NCBI GenBank assembly: GCA_965214835.1
Contig: CBDCCK010000002.1
Coordinates: 1,120,001-1,184,000, forward strand
DNA: 64,000 nt
Source: Nitrosopumilaceae archaeon
GTDB lineage: Archaea; Thermoproteota; Nitrososphaeria; Nitrososphaerales; Nitrosopumilaceae
Direction of reading: 5' to 3'
Shown here: positions 17,572 through 28,286 of the stretch, one piece after another
Layout: the number at the start of each line of letters is the position of its first letter
Position numbering within the stretch: position 1 is the stretch's first letter
The notes under the pieces: model-generated
Databases searched by the model: none
What the model saw: the letters and a program-made list of their open reading frames with translations, nothing else
What the model was told of the DNA's origin: nothing
Position numbers and translations under genes: made by a program

Positions 17572-18831
17572 ATGACGGATTCATCAATCCCCAAGTTCTT
17601 TGAGAAGACCAGGAAGGAGAGGCTGGAGGCAGTCAAAAATTTTGCCGGTCTGTCTGAGGACGACATCCGATCCATGGAGATGCCGGACGGGGGGATAACC
17701 TTTGAGAGGGCAGACACGATGGTTGAGAACGCGCTAGGAACGTTTTCACTTCCCCTGGGCGTGGCCACCAACTTCAAAATCAACGGCAGGGACTATCTTG
17801 TGCCCATGGTAATCGAGGAGCCCTCGGTAATTGCAGCGGCCTCCAAGGCCGCAAAGCTTGCAAGGCCCAAGGGCGGCTTCAGGGCAACTGCAGACGAGTC
17901 TTACAGCATAGGACAGATTCAGGTCTTGGGCGCCGATATTGATGATGCAGTATCAAAAATCAGGGCAAATACCGCCCAAATCCTTGAGACGGCGAACTCA
18001 AAGAGCAGCACCCTGTCAAGGATGGGGAGGGGGGCAAAAGAGATTGCGTGCAAAAAAATCGACACCGATCTTGATCCGATGCTGATCGTCGAGCTGCTAA
18101 TCGACGTGGGCGACGCAATGGGCGCAAACGTGACTAATACCATGTGCGAGGGGGTCGCACCGCTAATTGAAAAGCTGACCGGGGGCAAGGCCCTTCTCAG
18201 GATACTGTCCAACTATTCTACGAGACGCATGGCAAGGGCCACTGCGACCTTTGGACAAGAATCTGCAGGAGGCAGGGAGGTCGTGGACAACATGGTTCAT
18301 GCATACCAGTTTGCAAAGCATGACGTATACAGGGCGGTAACCCACAACAAGGGAATAATGAACGGGATCATTGCAGTGGCAAATGCCACGGGACAGGACA
18401 GCCGTGCGATAGAGGCCGCGGCCAACGCATACGCTGCACGCTCGGGACAATACCGCTCGCTGTCTGAGTGGACAAAAGACCACGATGGCAACCTGGTGGG
18501 AACCTTGGAGATTCCGCTCTCGGTGGGGGTCGTCGGCGGAATAATCAACGTGCATCCTGTTGCAAAGATTTGCGCCAAAATCCTGGGCGTCGGGTCTGCC
18601 AGGGAGTTGGCATGTGTGATCGCCGCGGCAGGCCTGGCCCAGAACTTTAGTGCCATGAGGGCGCTGGCAACTGACGGAATACAGAGGGGCCACATGAGGC
18701 TCCACGCCAGAAACCTGGCCTCGGCTGCGGGTGCGGCCACCGAGCAGATTGACGGGATAGTTTCTCAGATGATCGAGGAGGGGGACATCTCTGTAAACAG
18801 GGCAAGGGAGCTGCTTGGCCAAAATCAATGA
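17572..18831 (+). CDS. hmgA: HMG-CoA reductase, class II
   Basis: EEPSVIAAAS, DAMGAN, THNKGIMNG and GIQRGHMRLH. Confidence 0.95.
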   Translation: MTDSSIPKFFEKTRKERLEAVKNFAGLSEDDIRSMEMPDGGITFERADTMVENALGTFSLPLGVATNFKINGRDYLVPMVIEEPSVIAAASKAAKLARPKGGFRATADESYSIGQIQVLGADIDDAVSKIRANTAQILETANSKSSTLSRMGRGAKEIACKKIDTDLDPMLIVELLIDVGDAMGANVTNTMCEGVAPLIEKLTGGKALLRILSNYSTRRMARATATFGQESAGGREVVDNMVHAYQFAKHDVYRAVTHNKGIMNGIIAVANATGQDSRAIEAAANAYAARSGQYRSLSEWTKDHDGNLVGTLEIPLSVGVVGGIINVHPVAKICAKILGVGSARELACVIAAAGLAQNFSAMRALATDGIQRGHMRLHARNLASAAGAATEQIDGIVSQMIEEGDISVNRARELLGQNQ

Positions 18832-18864
18832 CGTTATTATATAGACGGACTGCAATGAGATACC

Positions 18865-19842
18865 ATGTCCGAGGTGAGGTTTGCGATTCCAAAGGGAAGC
18901 CTGGAGGATGCCACGTTCAGGCTCCTGGAGAGGGCATGGACCAAGGTAAACCGCAAGAGCAGGACATACAGGGTGTACCTTGATGATCCAAAGATTATAG
19001 TAAAGATGCTGAGGCCTCAGGAGATTCCAATTCTGGTCAGCGAGGGGCTGTACGATGTGGGGATTACCGGCAAGGACTGGGTGGGGGAGACAAAGTCCGA
19101 TGTCGATCCAATCTTGGATCTGGAGTATGGAAGGATTAGGCTGGTCGTTGCGTTTCCGGACAGCTACAGGTACAAGAACCTTGATGCGATGATTGCCGAC
19201 TATGCCAAAAGGAAAAAGACGCTGAGAATCTCCTCGGAATATCTTACGACTGCATCCCGATTCATCAAGGGCTGCCCATCCTACAAAAAACACTTTGGAG
19301 GCAGGGATCCGCAGATTGTCACCCCTTGGCTGCGCATAGGGACCAACAAGTCAGTTCAGATCCACCTGTCATTTGGCGCTACCGAGGCCAAGCCTCCGGA
19401 GGATGTGGATGCCATAATGGATGTGACCGAGACCGGAACCACGCTAAAGCAAAACAAGCTCAAAATTGTAGACGAGGTTCTGGCCTCCACTGCACACCTG
19501 ATCGTAAACAAAGAGTCCCTCAAGGACAAGGCAAAGCGGGAAAAGATCTTCGACATTGTCACGCTTATGAGGGGCGCAGTACACGGCAAGAAATACCTCC
19601 ACGTCTACCTGAACGTGGAGGAGGGCAACCTGCCAAGGCTGCTCAGGCAGATACCCTCGCTGAAAAAGCCGACGGTCAGTCCGCTAAGCGAGGACGGCTG
19701 GTACGGGGTCAATACCATAATCAAAAAGTCAGAGTTTCACAAGATAATTCCAAAGCTGCGAAGGATTGCCCAGGGGCTGGTGGTGCACGAGCCGCGACAA
19801 ATCCTGGAGCTTGAGGAGATCAAGCGTGATGAGGAAAATTGA
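18865..19842 (+). CDS. hisG: ATP phosphoribosyltransferase (long form)
   Basis: AIPKGSL, RPQEIP, DVGITGKD, SFGATE, DVTETGTTL and PTVSPL. Confidence 0.95.
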   Translation: MSEVRFAIPKGSLEDATFRLLERAWTKVNRKSRTYRVYLDDPKIIVKMLRPQEIPILVSEGLYDVGITGKDWVGETKSDVDPILDLEYGRIRLVVAFPDSYRYKNLDAMIADYAKRKKTLRISSEYLTTASRFIKGCPSYKKHFGGRDPQIVTPWLRIGTNKSVQIHLSFGATEAKPPEDVDAIMDVTETGTTLKQNKLKIVDEVLASTAHLIVNKESLKDKAKREKIFDIVTLMRGAVHGKKYLHVYLNVEEGNLPRLLRQIPSLKKPTVSPLSEDGWYGVNTIIKKSEFHKIIPKLRRIAQGLVVHEPRQILELEEIKRDEEN

Positions 19843-21107
19843 TGAAAATTATTTCGGTCAGTAACGCGGGGCAGTTTCTAAAGAGACTGGGCACAAAAAA
19901 CCACCCGAAAAACCAGAGGATCGTGGGGGCCATCTTGAGGGACGTGCAGAGAAACGGCGATGCCGCACTCAGAAAGTACGAGAAAAGGTTCGGCGCAAGC
20001 AGAATCTCATCACTGAGGGTCTCAAGGCGTGAGATTGCCGGCGCATACTCTGAGGTCTCGCCCGGGGACATCTCTGCAATCCGACTTGCAAGGTCAAGGC
20101 TGGCAAAGGCAGAATCTGCGGTAAGACGCCAGCTCAAGGACGTAACGATAAGATCAGGCGGCACAAGAATATCAAAGTCGTTTGTTCCGATAGACAGCGT
20201 TGGGTGCTATGTGCCCGGCGGGGCTGCGCGGTATCCCAGCTCCGCTGTAATGTCCATAATCCCCGCAAAGGTTGCCGGAGTAAGGCGGATAGTGGTGGCG
20301 TCCCCCCCGGACTCCTCGGGAGGCATCGACCCGCTGACCGTCGTGGCAGCCGACGTCTGCGGCGCAACCGAAATCTACAAAACCGGAGGCGCGCAGTCCA
20401 TTGCCGCCCTCTCATACGGAACGCACTCCATCGCAAAGGTAGACAAGATAGTGGGACCGGGCGGCGCATTTGTGACTCTGGCAAAGTACCTTGTCAGCGA
20501 TACCACCGCAGTAGACATGACGGCAGGGCCCACCGAGCTTGGGATAGTCATTGACTCGGCAGAGGATGCAGGACTTGCGGCACTGGACTTGATCTCACAG
20601 GCAGAGCACTCCACGGACACGTTCTGCTATGCGCTGACCACATCCCGTGCAATTGCCAAAAGAATCCAATCCGATGTGAACTCCAAACTAGGGGACATAT
20701 CGCGCTCAAAAATCGTAAGGAAAAGCCTTGAATCAAACGGATTCATAGCCGTCTGCAGGGCCTCAGACATAATAGATATTGCAAACGGGCTGGCGCCTGA
20801 GCACCTAGAGATTATCAGCAAGAACACCAAAAGATGGGGCAGGATCAAGAACCCTGGCCTGATCCTGCTGGGAAAAAACAGCCCGTCCTCGGCCAGCGAC
20901 TACCTGCTGGGATCAAACCACATCCTGCCTACAAGCCGATTCGGCAAGACCCGGGGCTCGCTGTCCGTGCTGGACTTTGTCAAGCTCCTGACTCGGGTGG
21001 AGGCCAGCAGGGAGGATCTGCAGAGGATATCAAAGCCCATGGAGCGCCTTGCCGTGGCAGAAGGACTGCCAAACCACTACGAGGCGGTGAGGGGAAGGCT
21101 GCAATGA
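19839..21107 (+). CDS. hisD: Histidinol dehydrogenase
   Basis: GCYVPGG, YPSS, KIVGPG, AGPTE, QAEH, APEHL and GSNHILPT. Confidence 0.96.
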   Translation: MMKIISVSNAGQFLKRLGTKNHPKNQRIVGAILRDVQRNGDAALRKYEKRFGASRISSLRVSRREIAGAYSEVSPGDISAIRLARSRLAKAESAVRRQLKDVTIRSGGTRISKSFVPIDSVGCYVPGGAARYPSSAVMSIIPAKVAGVRRIVVASPPDSSGGIDPLTVVAADVCGATEIYKTGGAQSIAALSYGTHSIAKVDKIVGPGGAFVTLAKYLVSDTTAVDMTAGPTELGIVIDSAEDAGLAALDLISQAEHSTDTFCYALTTSRAIAKRIQSDVNSKLGDISRSKIVRKSLESNGFIAVCRASDIIDIANGLAPEHLEIISKNTKRWGRIKNPGLILLGKNSPSSASDYLLGSNHILPTSRFGKTRGSLSVLDFVKLLTRVEASREDLQRISKPMERLAVAEGLPNHYEAVRGRLQ

Positions 21108-22174
21108 AAAACCCGTGGTATGAAAAAAAACTAGAAGAGTACTCCGGGTTGGGCGGATACAAAAAGCCTGAAAAACTTGACGGCGTTCTAAAGCTTGACT
21201 CCAACGAGAATTTTGTAGTAAGCAAGAAATTCCAGCAAGACGTCATATCCCATGCAAGGGCAAGCTCCGATGTCCGGCAGTACCCGCTGGGCGGAGCTGA
21301 AAGGCTGATATCAAGGCTGTCAAAGCACCTCCGGGTTCCTGAGAGCATGATCGGCGTTGGAAGCGGCTCTGATCAAATCCTGGACCTGCTCCTGGCAAAC
21401 CTGGCATCAAAGGCGACTAGAATCCTAACGTCTGATCCGACCTTTGGGTTCTTTGAGGAGCGGTGCAGGCTGTACTCGATCCCCCGCACCAAGATTCCAT
21501 TCTCGGCTGATATGAAGCTGGACATTGAAAAGTTCGATGCGAACCTCAAAAAATGCCAGATCCTGTACCTGGACTCCCCAAACAACCCGACGGGGTTCCA
21601 GTTCTCAAGGAGCCAGCTGGAGTCCTTGATCAAAAAGTTTGATGGGCTGGCAATCATAGACGAGGCATATGGCGAGTTCGGCGACTCCTCGACTGTCTCC
21701 CTGACCAAGAGGTATGACAACCTGATAACGGTCAGGACGTTTTCCAAAGCGTTTGGACTTGCGGGACTGCGTGTGGGATACTTTGTTGCAAACAGGAGGA
21801 TTGCCGAGGCGTTCAACCGGATACTGCAATACCCATACCCCCTCAACACCCTGGCAATTGAGGCCGGAATCGCCTCGCTGGACAGGGCAGGCCAGATCAG
21901 GGAGGCAGCAGAAACGATCAAGACCGAGCGCAGGAGGATCATTGAGAGCCTCCGCAGGTATGACGCCTTTACCGTCTTTGACTCCAAGGCCAACTTCGTG
22001 TTATTTGACGCAAAGGGCGCATACAAGCGCATCTTTACTGCGCTAGTCGAGCAGGGAATCTCCATACGCAAGCTAGGAAGGGTTGGCCCCCGTCCGGGAT
22101 GCCTGCGCGTCACGGTCGGAACAAAGGAGATGAACTCCAAATTCCTTTTGGCAATACGTGACCTTTTGGGATGA
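21104..22174 (+). CDS. hisC: Histidinol-phosphate aminotransferase
   Basis: LDSNEN, SPNNPTG, IDEAY and RTFSKAFGLAGLRVGY; ATG 21104 overlaps the hisD stop. Confidence 0.94.
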   Translation: MKNPWYEKKLEEYSGLGGYKKPEKLDGVLKLDSNENFVVSKKFQQDVISHARASSDVRQYPLGGAERLISRLSKHLRVPESMIGVGSGSDQILDLLLANLASKATRILTSDPTFGFFEERCRLYSIPRTKIPFSADMKLDIEKFDANLKKCQILYLDSPNNPTGFQFSRSQLESLIKKFDGLAIIDEAYGEFGDSSTVSLTKRYDNLITVRTFSKAFGLAGLRVGYFVANRRIAEAFNRILQYPYPLNTLAIEAGIASLDRAGQIREAAETIKTERRRIIESLRRYDAFTVFDSKANFVLFDAKGAYKRIFTALVEQGISIRKLGRVGPRPGCLRVTVGTKEMNSKFLLAIRDLLG

Positions 22175-23099
22175 GAAATTGAGCGGCCAAAGGTTTGACT
22201 CTGTAATCTTTGACTGCGACGGCGTGCTTGTCGACATCACGCAGTCCTATGACAGGACAATAGACAGGACATGCGGCCACATGCTCCGGGAGGTTGCGGG
22301 AATTGACTCTATAGAAATCGATCACAAGATAATTGACGGGTTCAAGGCATCGGGCGGATTCAATGACGAGGTTGACCTGACATATGCTGCAATACTGTCC
22401 GTCTATGCGGCCCACAAGCTAGGCAGGAACCCGTCGGAGTTCGTCTACGAGGTAATCTCAAATGCCGACAAGACGGGGATCCGCTCAGTCCGGTCCTATC
22501 TGGAATCTGTCTGCGACATCTCCGTCGTACTACCAAGGCTGGGCTCCCTGGGGGACAGACACGACAATCCCGTATACTCTGTGTTTGACCAGATCTTCTT
22601 TGGGCCGCAGCTGTATGAAAAACTATTTGGAAGGCCCTCAAAGTTTTCGGGGCAGGGGATGATCTCGCATGACAGGGTAATCCTGTCAGAGCCGCTGCTG
22701 CAGACGCTCCAAAAGGAGTTTGGAGAAAAAATGGCAGTGGTTACGGGACGCGGAATGGCCTCAATCCGCCACTCCCTCGGGGACATGCTTGGCTACTTTG
22801 ATGTGAGAAGCTCGGCGTTTTTGGAGGACGAGCCAAGGGAGCTTGCAAAGCCAAATCCTGCGACACTGATCCGTGCCATCAGGGCAATGGGGTCAAAAAA
22901 CTGCCTATATGTGGGCGACTCGATGGAGGACTATATCATGGCAAGGGATGCGACCCGGGCAGGCAGCCCCGCCGCCTTTTGCGCCATTGTGGGCACAAGC
23001 ACAGATCCAGGCGGCAGGCGCAGGCTATTTGAGGACTCGGGCGTGGAGATGATCCTGGGTTCCATAAACGACATTCCGAAGGTATTAAATTTAGTCTGA
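22158..23099 (+). CDS. HAD-family phosphatase within the his operon (candidate histidinol-phosphatase)
   Basis: [18 protein letters not shown] and YVGDSMED; lies between hisC and hisB. Confidence 0.8.
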   Translation: MTFWDEKLSGQRFDSVIFDCDGVLVDITQSYDRTIDRTCGHMLREVAGIDSIEIDHKIIDGFKASGGFNDEVDLTYAAILSVYAAHKLGRNPSEFVYEVISNADKTGIRSVRSYLESVCDISVVLPRLGSLGDRHDNPVYSVFDQIFFGPQLYEKLFGRPSKFSGQGMISHDRVILSEPLLQTLQKEFGEKMAVVTGRGMASIRHSLGDMLGYFDVRSSAFLEDEPRELAKPNPATLIRAIRAMGSKNCLYVGDSMEDYIMARDATRAGSPAAFCAIVGTSTDPGGRRRLFEDSGVEMILGSINDIPKVLNLV

Positions 23100-23127
23100 G
23101 AAAACACCAGTATTCCCGGGTGATGAG

Positions 23128-23715
23128 ATGAAAAGACGCACAAGCAAAATCAAGCGAGAGACAAAGGAGACCAGCGTCTGCGTGTCTGCCAGCATTGACG
23201 GCACCGGAAAAACCAGCGCGTCTACCGGCGTAAGCTTTGTTGATCACCTGATTGTCGCATTTGCAAAGCACGCAATGCTCGACCTTGCTGTGGAGGCCAA
23301 GTCAAAGGACAATATCGTGCACCATCTGGTAGAGGACACTGCAATCACAATAGGGGGCGCAATAGACGAGGCGCTAGGAGACAGGGCCGGAACTGCCAGG
23401 TTCGGTCATGCATCCGTCCCGATGGACGAGTCGCTGGCAGAGGCATCAGTCGACCTGGTGAGGAGGCCGTTTTACAAGCTAACGCTGTCTGTAAAGAGGA
23501 CAAGGATTGAGGATGTCTCAAGGGAGGATCTTGAGCATTTTTTCCAGTCCCTGCTGCAAAACCTGAACAGCTGCGTCCACCTTACCGTACGGTATGGGGA
23601 CAATGATCACCACAAGGTCGAGTCCGCAATAAAGTCCCTTGCAGTGGCGCTTAGAATCGCCTGCTCCAGGGACTCTAGGCAAAAAGGAATTCCCAGCACA
23701 AAGGGCGCAATGTGA
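23128..23715 (+). CDS. hisB: Imidazoleglycerol-phosphate dehydratase
   Basis: RETKET, HHLVED, PMDESL, NDHHKVE and PSTKG. Confidence 0.96.
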   Translation: MKRRTSKIKRETKETSVCVSASIDGTGKTSASTGVSFVDHLIVAFAKHAMLDLAVEAKSKDNIVHHLVEDTAITIGGAIDEALGDRAGTARFGHASVPMDESLAEASVDLVRRPFYKLTLSVKRTRIEDVSREDLEHFFQSLLQNLNSCVHLTVRYGDNDHHKVESAIKSLAVALRIACSRDSRQKGIPSTKGAM

Positions 23716-24317
23716 TGAGCAGGATCGCGATATTTGACTATGGCGCCGGAAACATCTTCAGCCTCAAAAACGCGCTGGAAAGGCAAAACGCAACAGTAGA
23801 AGTGCAGACCAGCGTCGACAGGCTGGCCGGATATGACGGGATCTTCCTGCCCGGCGTTGGAAACTTTGATCCTGCCATGCGGAGCATCGGCCAGGATCCT
23901 GCGGATTTTCTGCAGGCCGTCGGGGACACGCCTGTCTTTGGCATATGCCTTGGCATGGAGATGTTCTTTGAGAAAAGCCAGGAGGGGCAGGAAAAAGGCC
24001 TTGGCATCATAGGCGGCGACGTCGTTGTCCTGCCTGACACCCTGAAGGTTCCGCACATGGGATGGAACGCACTTGAGATAAGGCGGGAAAGCAGGATCCT
24101 TGAGGGCGTAGATGACGGATCCTGGGTCTACTTTGTACACTCGTACAGGGCAAACCCCGCAGCGCCTGACGTCATAGTCGCCGAGTCCGACTATGACATC
24201 AGGATCCCGGCAATAGTCCAAAAGGGCAACTATTTTGGAACCCAGTTTCATCCTGAAAAGTCAGGCGATGCCGGCGCCCTGATGCTGGGGAACTTTTTGA
24301 GGGAGTGCTCCAGATGA
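23712..24317 (+). CDS. hisH: Imidazole glycerol phosphate synthase, glutaminase subunit
   Basis: DYGAGN, LPGVG, GICLG, PHMGWN, YFVHSY and QFHPEKS. Confidence 0.96.
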   Translation: MMSRIAIFDYGAGNIFSLKNALERQNATVEVQTSVDRLAGYDGIFLPGVGNFDPAMRSIGQDPADFLQAVGDTPVFGICLGMEMFFEKSQEGQEKGLGIIGGDVVVLPDTLKVPHMGWNALEIRRESRILEGVDDGSWVYFVHSYRANPAAPDVIVAESDYDIRIPAIVQKGNYFGTQFHPEKSGDAGALMLGNFLRECSR

Positions 24318-25024
24318 AGATAATTCCCGCAGTTGACATAATGGACGGGAAGGTAGTCAGACTCTACAGGGGCGATCCAGGCCAGAAGACGGTATACAGC
24401 GATGATCCCGTGCATATTGCCAAAAAGTGGCAGGATGAGGGCGCGGACATGCTGCATATCGTGGATCTGGATGCGACAATAGGGACGGGGAACAATCTGG
24501 ATCTGATTGAAAAAGTCGCAGGGGAGCTGTCTGTTCCAGTCGAGGTGGCAGGCGGCCTGCGCGACGAGCAGACCGTCGCCCGGGCGGCCTCCTTTGCGGC
24601 CCGGGTCGTTGTCGGCACCCTGGCCTTCGAGGACACAGAACTGCTGCAAGGCATCGCCAGAAGACACGGGTTCTCAAAGATTGTAGTCTCAGTAGACCAC
24701 GCCGGCGGATATATCGTCACGCATGGGTGGCAGCAGAGCACAAAGACGCCGCTGCTTGGTGCGATAAGCGAGTTTGCAGGCATGGGCTTTACGGAGTTCC
24801 TACTCACAGACGTGGGCAGGGATGGCACCATGGAGGGGCCAGACCTGGAGTTTCTTGAGCAGGCCTGCGCCGTATCAAACGCAAACATAATTGCAAGCGG
24901 GGGAATCTCAAGCATCGGCGACGTGTCCAGAGTGCGGGCAAAGAACGCCTCTGCGGTGATTTTGGGCAAGGCGCTGTATGAGGGCAGGGTCTCAATCGGG
25001 GAGGCAAAACGGCTTGCTGACTAG
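24314..25024 (+). CDS. hisA: ProFAR isomerase
   Basis: IIPAVDIMDGKVVRL, LHIVDLD, GGLR, TDVGRDGT and ASGGI. Confidence 0.95.
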   Translation: MKIIPAVDIMDGKVVRLYRGDPGQKTVYSDDPVHIAKKWQDEGADMLHIVDLDATIGTGNNLDLIEKVAGELSVPVEVAGGLRDEQTVARAASFAARVVVGTLAFEDTELLQGIARRHGFSKIVVSVDHAGGYIVTHGWQQSTKTPLLGAISEFAGMGFTEFLLTDVGRDGTMEGPDLEFLEQACAVSNANIIASGGISSIGDVSRVRAKNASAVILGKALYEGRVSIGEAKRLAD

Positions 25025-25814
25025 AAGGATCATTCCCTGCTTGGACGTGGATGACGGACGCGTTGTCAAGGGACTAAACTTTGAGTCAATCAGGGACGCC
25101 GGGGATCCGGTGGAGCTTGCAGCCAAGTACAGCAGGGACGGAGCCGACGAGCTTGTCTTTTTGGATATCACGGCATCCCAACAAAGACGGAAGACAATCA
25201 GGGAGCTGGTATCCAGCGTTGCCCAGGTAATTGACATCCCGTTTACCGTTGGCGGGGGGGTTGGCAGCATGGAGGATGCGCGGAGTATCCTGCTCAGCGG
25301 TGCCGATAAGGTGGGGGTGAACACCGGCGCCGTAAGAAACCCAGAGCTGCTGGCTGAGCTTATGGCCGTGTTTGGAAAGCAGTGCGTTGTGGTGGCAATA
25401 GACGCAAAACGAAACTATTCAGAAGACCCCGGCAAGACAATGTTTGAGGAGAACGGGAAAAAGCTCTGGTTCGAGGTCTTCATCTATGGGGGAAGGCAGG
25501 GTACGGGCCTTGATGCGATACAGTGGGCAAAAAAGGCAACAGAGCTTGGCGCCGGGGAGGTCCTGCTGACTAGCATTGACAGGGATGGTACCCGGGACGG
25601 ATATGACATACTGCTTACCAAGGAAATAGTAGATGCAGTATCTGTGCCCGTCATTGCGTCTGGCGGGTGCGGCAGGCCCGAGGACATGTACGAGGTCTTT
25701 GAAAAGTCAGGCGTTGATGCGGCCCTTGCGGCATCAATCTTCCACTATGAGGGCAGGTCGGTCAACCGGGTCAAGGAGATCCTTCGGGATAGGAACATCC
25801 CCGTACGATTATAA
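25014..25814 (+). CDS. hisF: Imidazole glycerol phosphate synthase, cyclase subunit
   Basis: TTG start; RRIIPCLDV, GADELVFLDI, LTSIDRDGT and AASIFH. Confidence 0.96.
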   Translation: MLTRRIIPCLDVDDGRVVKGLNFESIRDAGDPVELAAKYSRDGADELVFLDITASQQRRKTIRELVSSVAQVIDIPFTVGGGVGSMEDARSILLSGADKVGVNTGAVRNPELLAELMAVFGKQCVVVAIDAKRNYSEDPGKTMFEENGKKLWFEVFIYGGRQGTGLDAIQWAKKATELGAGEVLLTSIDRDGTRDGYDILLTKEIVDAVSVPVIASGGCGRPEDMYEVFEKSGVDAALAASIFHYEGRSVNRVKEILRDRNIPVRL

Positions 25815-25836
25815 GGAAAATTTGTGATGACATGCC

Positions 25837-26163
25837 ATGAGCAAGACTGCAGACGAGATTGATTTTGCCAAGGGTGGCGGACTGGCTCCCGTAATAGTAC
25901 AGGACGCAGACTCCAAGGAGATCCTCACCCTGGCATACGCCAACAAGGAATCCCTGGAGCTGACCAGGAAAACCGGAAACTCTTGGTTCTTTAGCCGCTC
26001 GAGAAACAAGCTCTGGATGAAGGGCGAGGAGTCAGGAAATACCCAGAAGGTAAGAGACATCCTGGCTGACTGTGATCTTGACACCATAATCTATCTGGTC
26101 GAGCCGTCAGGCCCTGCATGCCATACCGGCAGGAGGACCTGCTTTCATTACAGAGTAGACTAG
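25837..26163 (+). CDS. hisI: Phosphoribosyl-AMP cyclohydrolase
   Basis: FSRSR..LW.KGEESG, DCDLD and ACHTG...CF; no HisE domain. Confidence 0.95.
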   Translation: MSKTADEIDFAKGGGLAPVIVQDADSKEILTLAYANKESLELTRKTGNSWFFSRSRNKLWMKGEESGNTQKVRDILADCDLDTIIYLVEPSGPACHTGRRTCFHYRVD

Positions 26164-27076
26164 CAGACCATGCTTGGAATCAGTACTTCGTGCCTGGAAG
26201 ACGTTTTGGACTTGTTATTAGACTCGGCTCCATAGGTGCAGGGACCAAAACCCTGTCAGATATCGGGGCGCGACTGGACTACATTCTCTACCTTTTGCGT
26301 CTCTGGCACATCAAATCCATCTGGACTCTGTACTTTGGCCCGTCATACGTGTTACATGATCCAACCGCACTAGCTCTGCTTGCAGTTAGTGTTGCATTAC
26401 TGACAGTTTTGGTTTACAAGATCTGCTCCAAAAGATTCCTTTAATCACGCCAAGCGGCGCAAGGCCTCCCATAGCGGGAACTGGGAAGACTGTGATGCGG
26501 AATACTCTGAAATAGAACAGGCAGTCTGCCTCTATGCGACTAGGCGATCTTTTTTCTGAACAGTCAGGATGCAAAGATAATCCCGGAATTTTGTGAAAAA
26601 AAAACCGGCAGGAAAATGTGGATATGGTGAGTTGGCAGTCAGGTCAGCTGTAGATAAAAAACAATGCCAAGGGAGATGTCACTGTATCATAAACATGTAC
26701 ACTGCAATACCGGGCGGCACGATGATCTCAAATGATCTTTTGCTCTCAGCTGTTGCACGAGGAATACCTCGCCTTGGACACCCAAGCACAAATCTGCATG
26801 CATCTGTGATCCTCATGTCTGGCCAAAGCGGACGTGACCCTGCATGAGTCATAATACACGAGTCACCGTCTGGAGCAGCTTTGAATCCGGCGTCATGCAT
26901 CAAAATATTCTCAAAAAACCCCGGTTTTTACAAAAAATCTGCACTGATTTACTCGTGTTTTTTGCATTATGTCCCTTGGAATTGTATAATAATGCTAAAT
27001 TTCCCAAGTCAAAAAATTAAGTATCACTAAACTTGATATTAGGATTTTTTATGTATATTTTTTGAGGCAAAATCTC

Positions 27077-28285
27077 ATGAGAGTCGCACTACAATGCAGG
27101 GAGTGTAAAAAAGACTATGATTCTACCTTCAAGTACGTCTGTGATGAGTGCTTTGGCCCACTGGATGTAAAATACGATCTTCCAGCGATTTCTAAAGACG
27201 TTTTTACAACCCGGGAAAAGACATACTGGCGCTATTTTGAACTACTGCCGGTTGTAGACAAGGCCAACATTGTAAGCATTGATGCGGGGATGACTCCACT
27301 GACTAGGGCAGACAAGCTTGGAGATGAGTTGGGACTAGACAACCTGTACATAAAAAACGACTCTGTAAACCCGACGTTTTCCTTCAAGGACAGGCCTGCC
27401 GGCGTTGCAGTATCCAAGGCAAGGGAGTTCGGGCTGTCTGCAGTTGGATGTGCCTCCACCGGCAACCTGGCCTCCGCCACTGCGGCACATGCGGCAAAGG
27501 GGGGCTTTCCGTGTCATGTCTTTGCACCAAGTGACATCGAAATGGCAAAGATCGCCCAGGCCCTGTCGTATGGTGCAAACTTTATTGCGGTGGACGGCAC
27601 GTATGATGACGCAAACAGAATAGCCGCCCAGATTGGAGACAGCCAGGGCATCGGCATAGTCAACATCAACATGCGCTCATACTATGTGGAGGGCTCCAAG
27701 ACACTGGCCTATGAGGTAGCCGAGCAGCTTGACTGGCAGGTGCCCGATCATCTGATTGTTCCCGTCGGGAGCGGCGCCATGCTTAATGCCATCTGCAAGG
27801 GATTCGAGGAGCTGCGGCAGGTCTCGCTGCTTGGGGATGTCTCTGGCATGCACATGATTGCAGCCCAGCCACACGGGTGTGCCCCGGTAGTCGATGCGTT
27901 CAAGAAAAACACGGAGATAGTCCCCGTAGAGCATCCCCGGACCGTTGCCAAAAGCTTGGCAATAGGCGATCCCGGGGATGGCAGGTACGTGCTCAAAAGA
28001 CTGCGGCAGTACAATGGATTTGCAGAGGAGGCCGATGACCGGGAGATTCTGGATGCGATACTGCTCTTGGCCCGGACCGAGGGCATATTTACCGAGCCTG
28101 CCGGCGGCGTTTCGGTGTCTGTCCTGCAAAAGATGGTGGAGGAGGGCAAGATCGACAAAAGCGACAAGGTAGTCTGCTATGTGACCGGCAACGGGCTCAA
28201 GGCAACAGAGTCACTGATGCAGGTACTGCAAAAGCCCGAGACAATGCAGGCCGACGTTGCAAAGATTGCAGCGGTGGTAAAATAA
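27077..28285 (+). CDS. thrC: Threonine synthase-family PLP enzyme
   Basis: NPTFSFKDR, CASTGN, PVGSG, TEPA and VTGNGLK. Confidence 0.9.
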   Translation: MRVALQCRECKKDYDSTFKYVCDECFGPLDVKYDLPAISKDVFTTREKTYWRYFELLPVVDKANIVSIDAGMTPLTRADKLGDELGLDNLYIKNDSVNPTFSFKDRPAGVAVSKAREFGLSAVGCASTGNLASATAAHAAKGGFPCHVFAPSDIEMAKIAQALSYGANFIAVDGTYDDANRIAAQIGDSQGIGIVNINMRSYYVEGSKTLAYEVAEQLDWQVPDHLIVPVGSGAMLNAICKGFEELRQVSLLGDVSGMHMIAAQPHGCAPVVDAFKKNTEIVPVEHPRTVAKSLAIGDPGDGRYVLKRLRQYNGFAEEADDREILDAILLLARTEGIFTEPAGGVSVSVLQKMVEEGKIDKSDKVVCYVTGNGLKATESLMQVLQKPETMQADVAKIAAVVK

Positions 28286-28286
28286 C

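Noticed and set aside
26118-26903. ORFs, a riboswitch or a MITE-E copy between hisI and thrC
   Set aside because: The ORFs lack credible starts or motifs, no riboswitch core was recognised, and the MITE-E match is only 12 bp (26481-26492) with no partner end.
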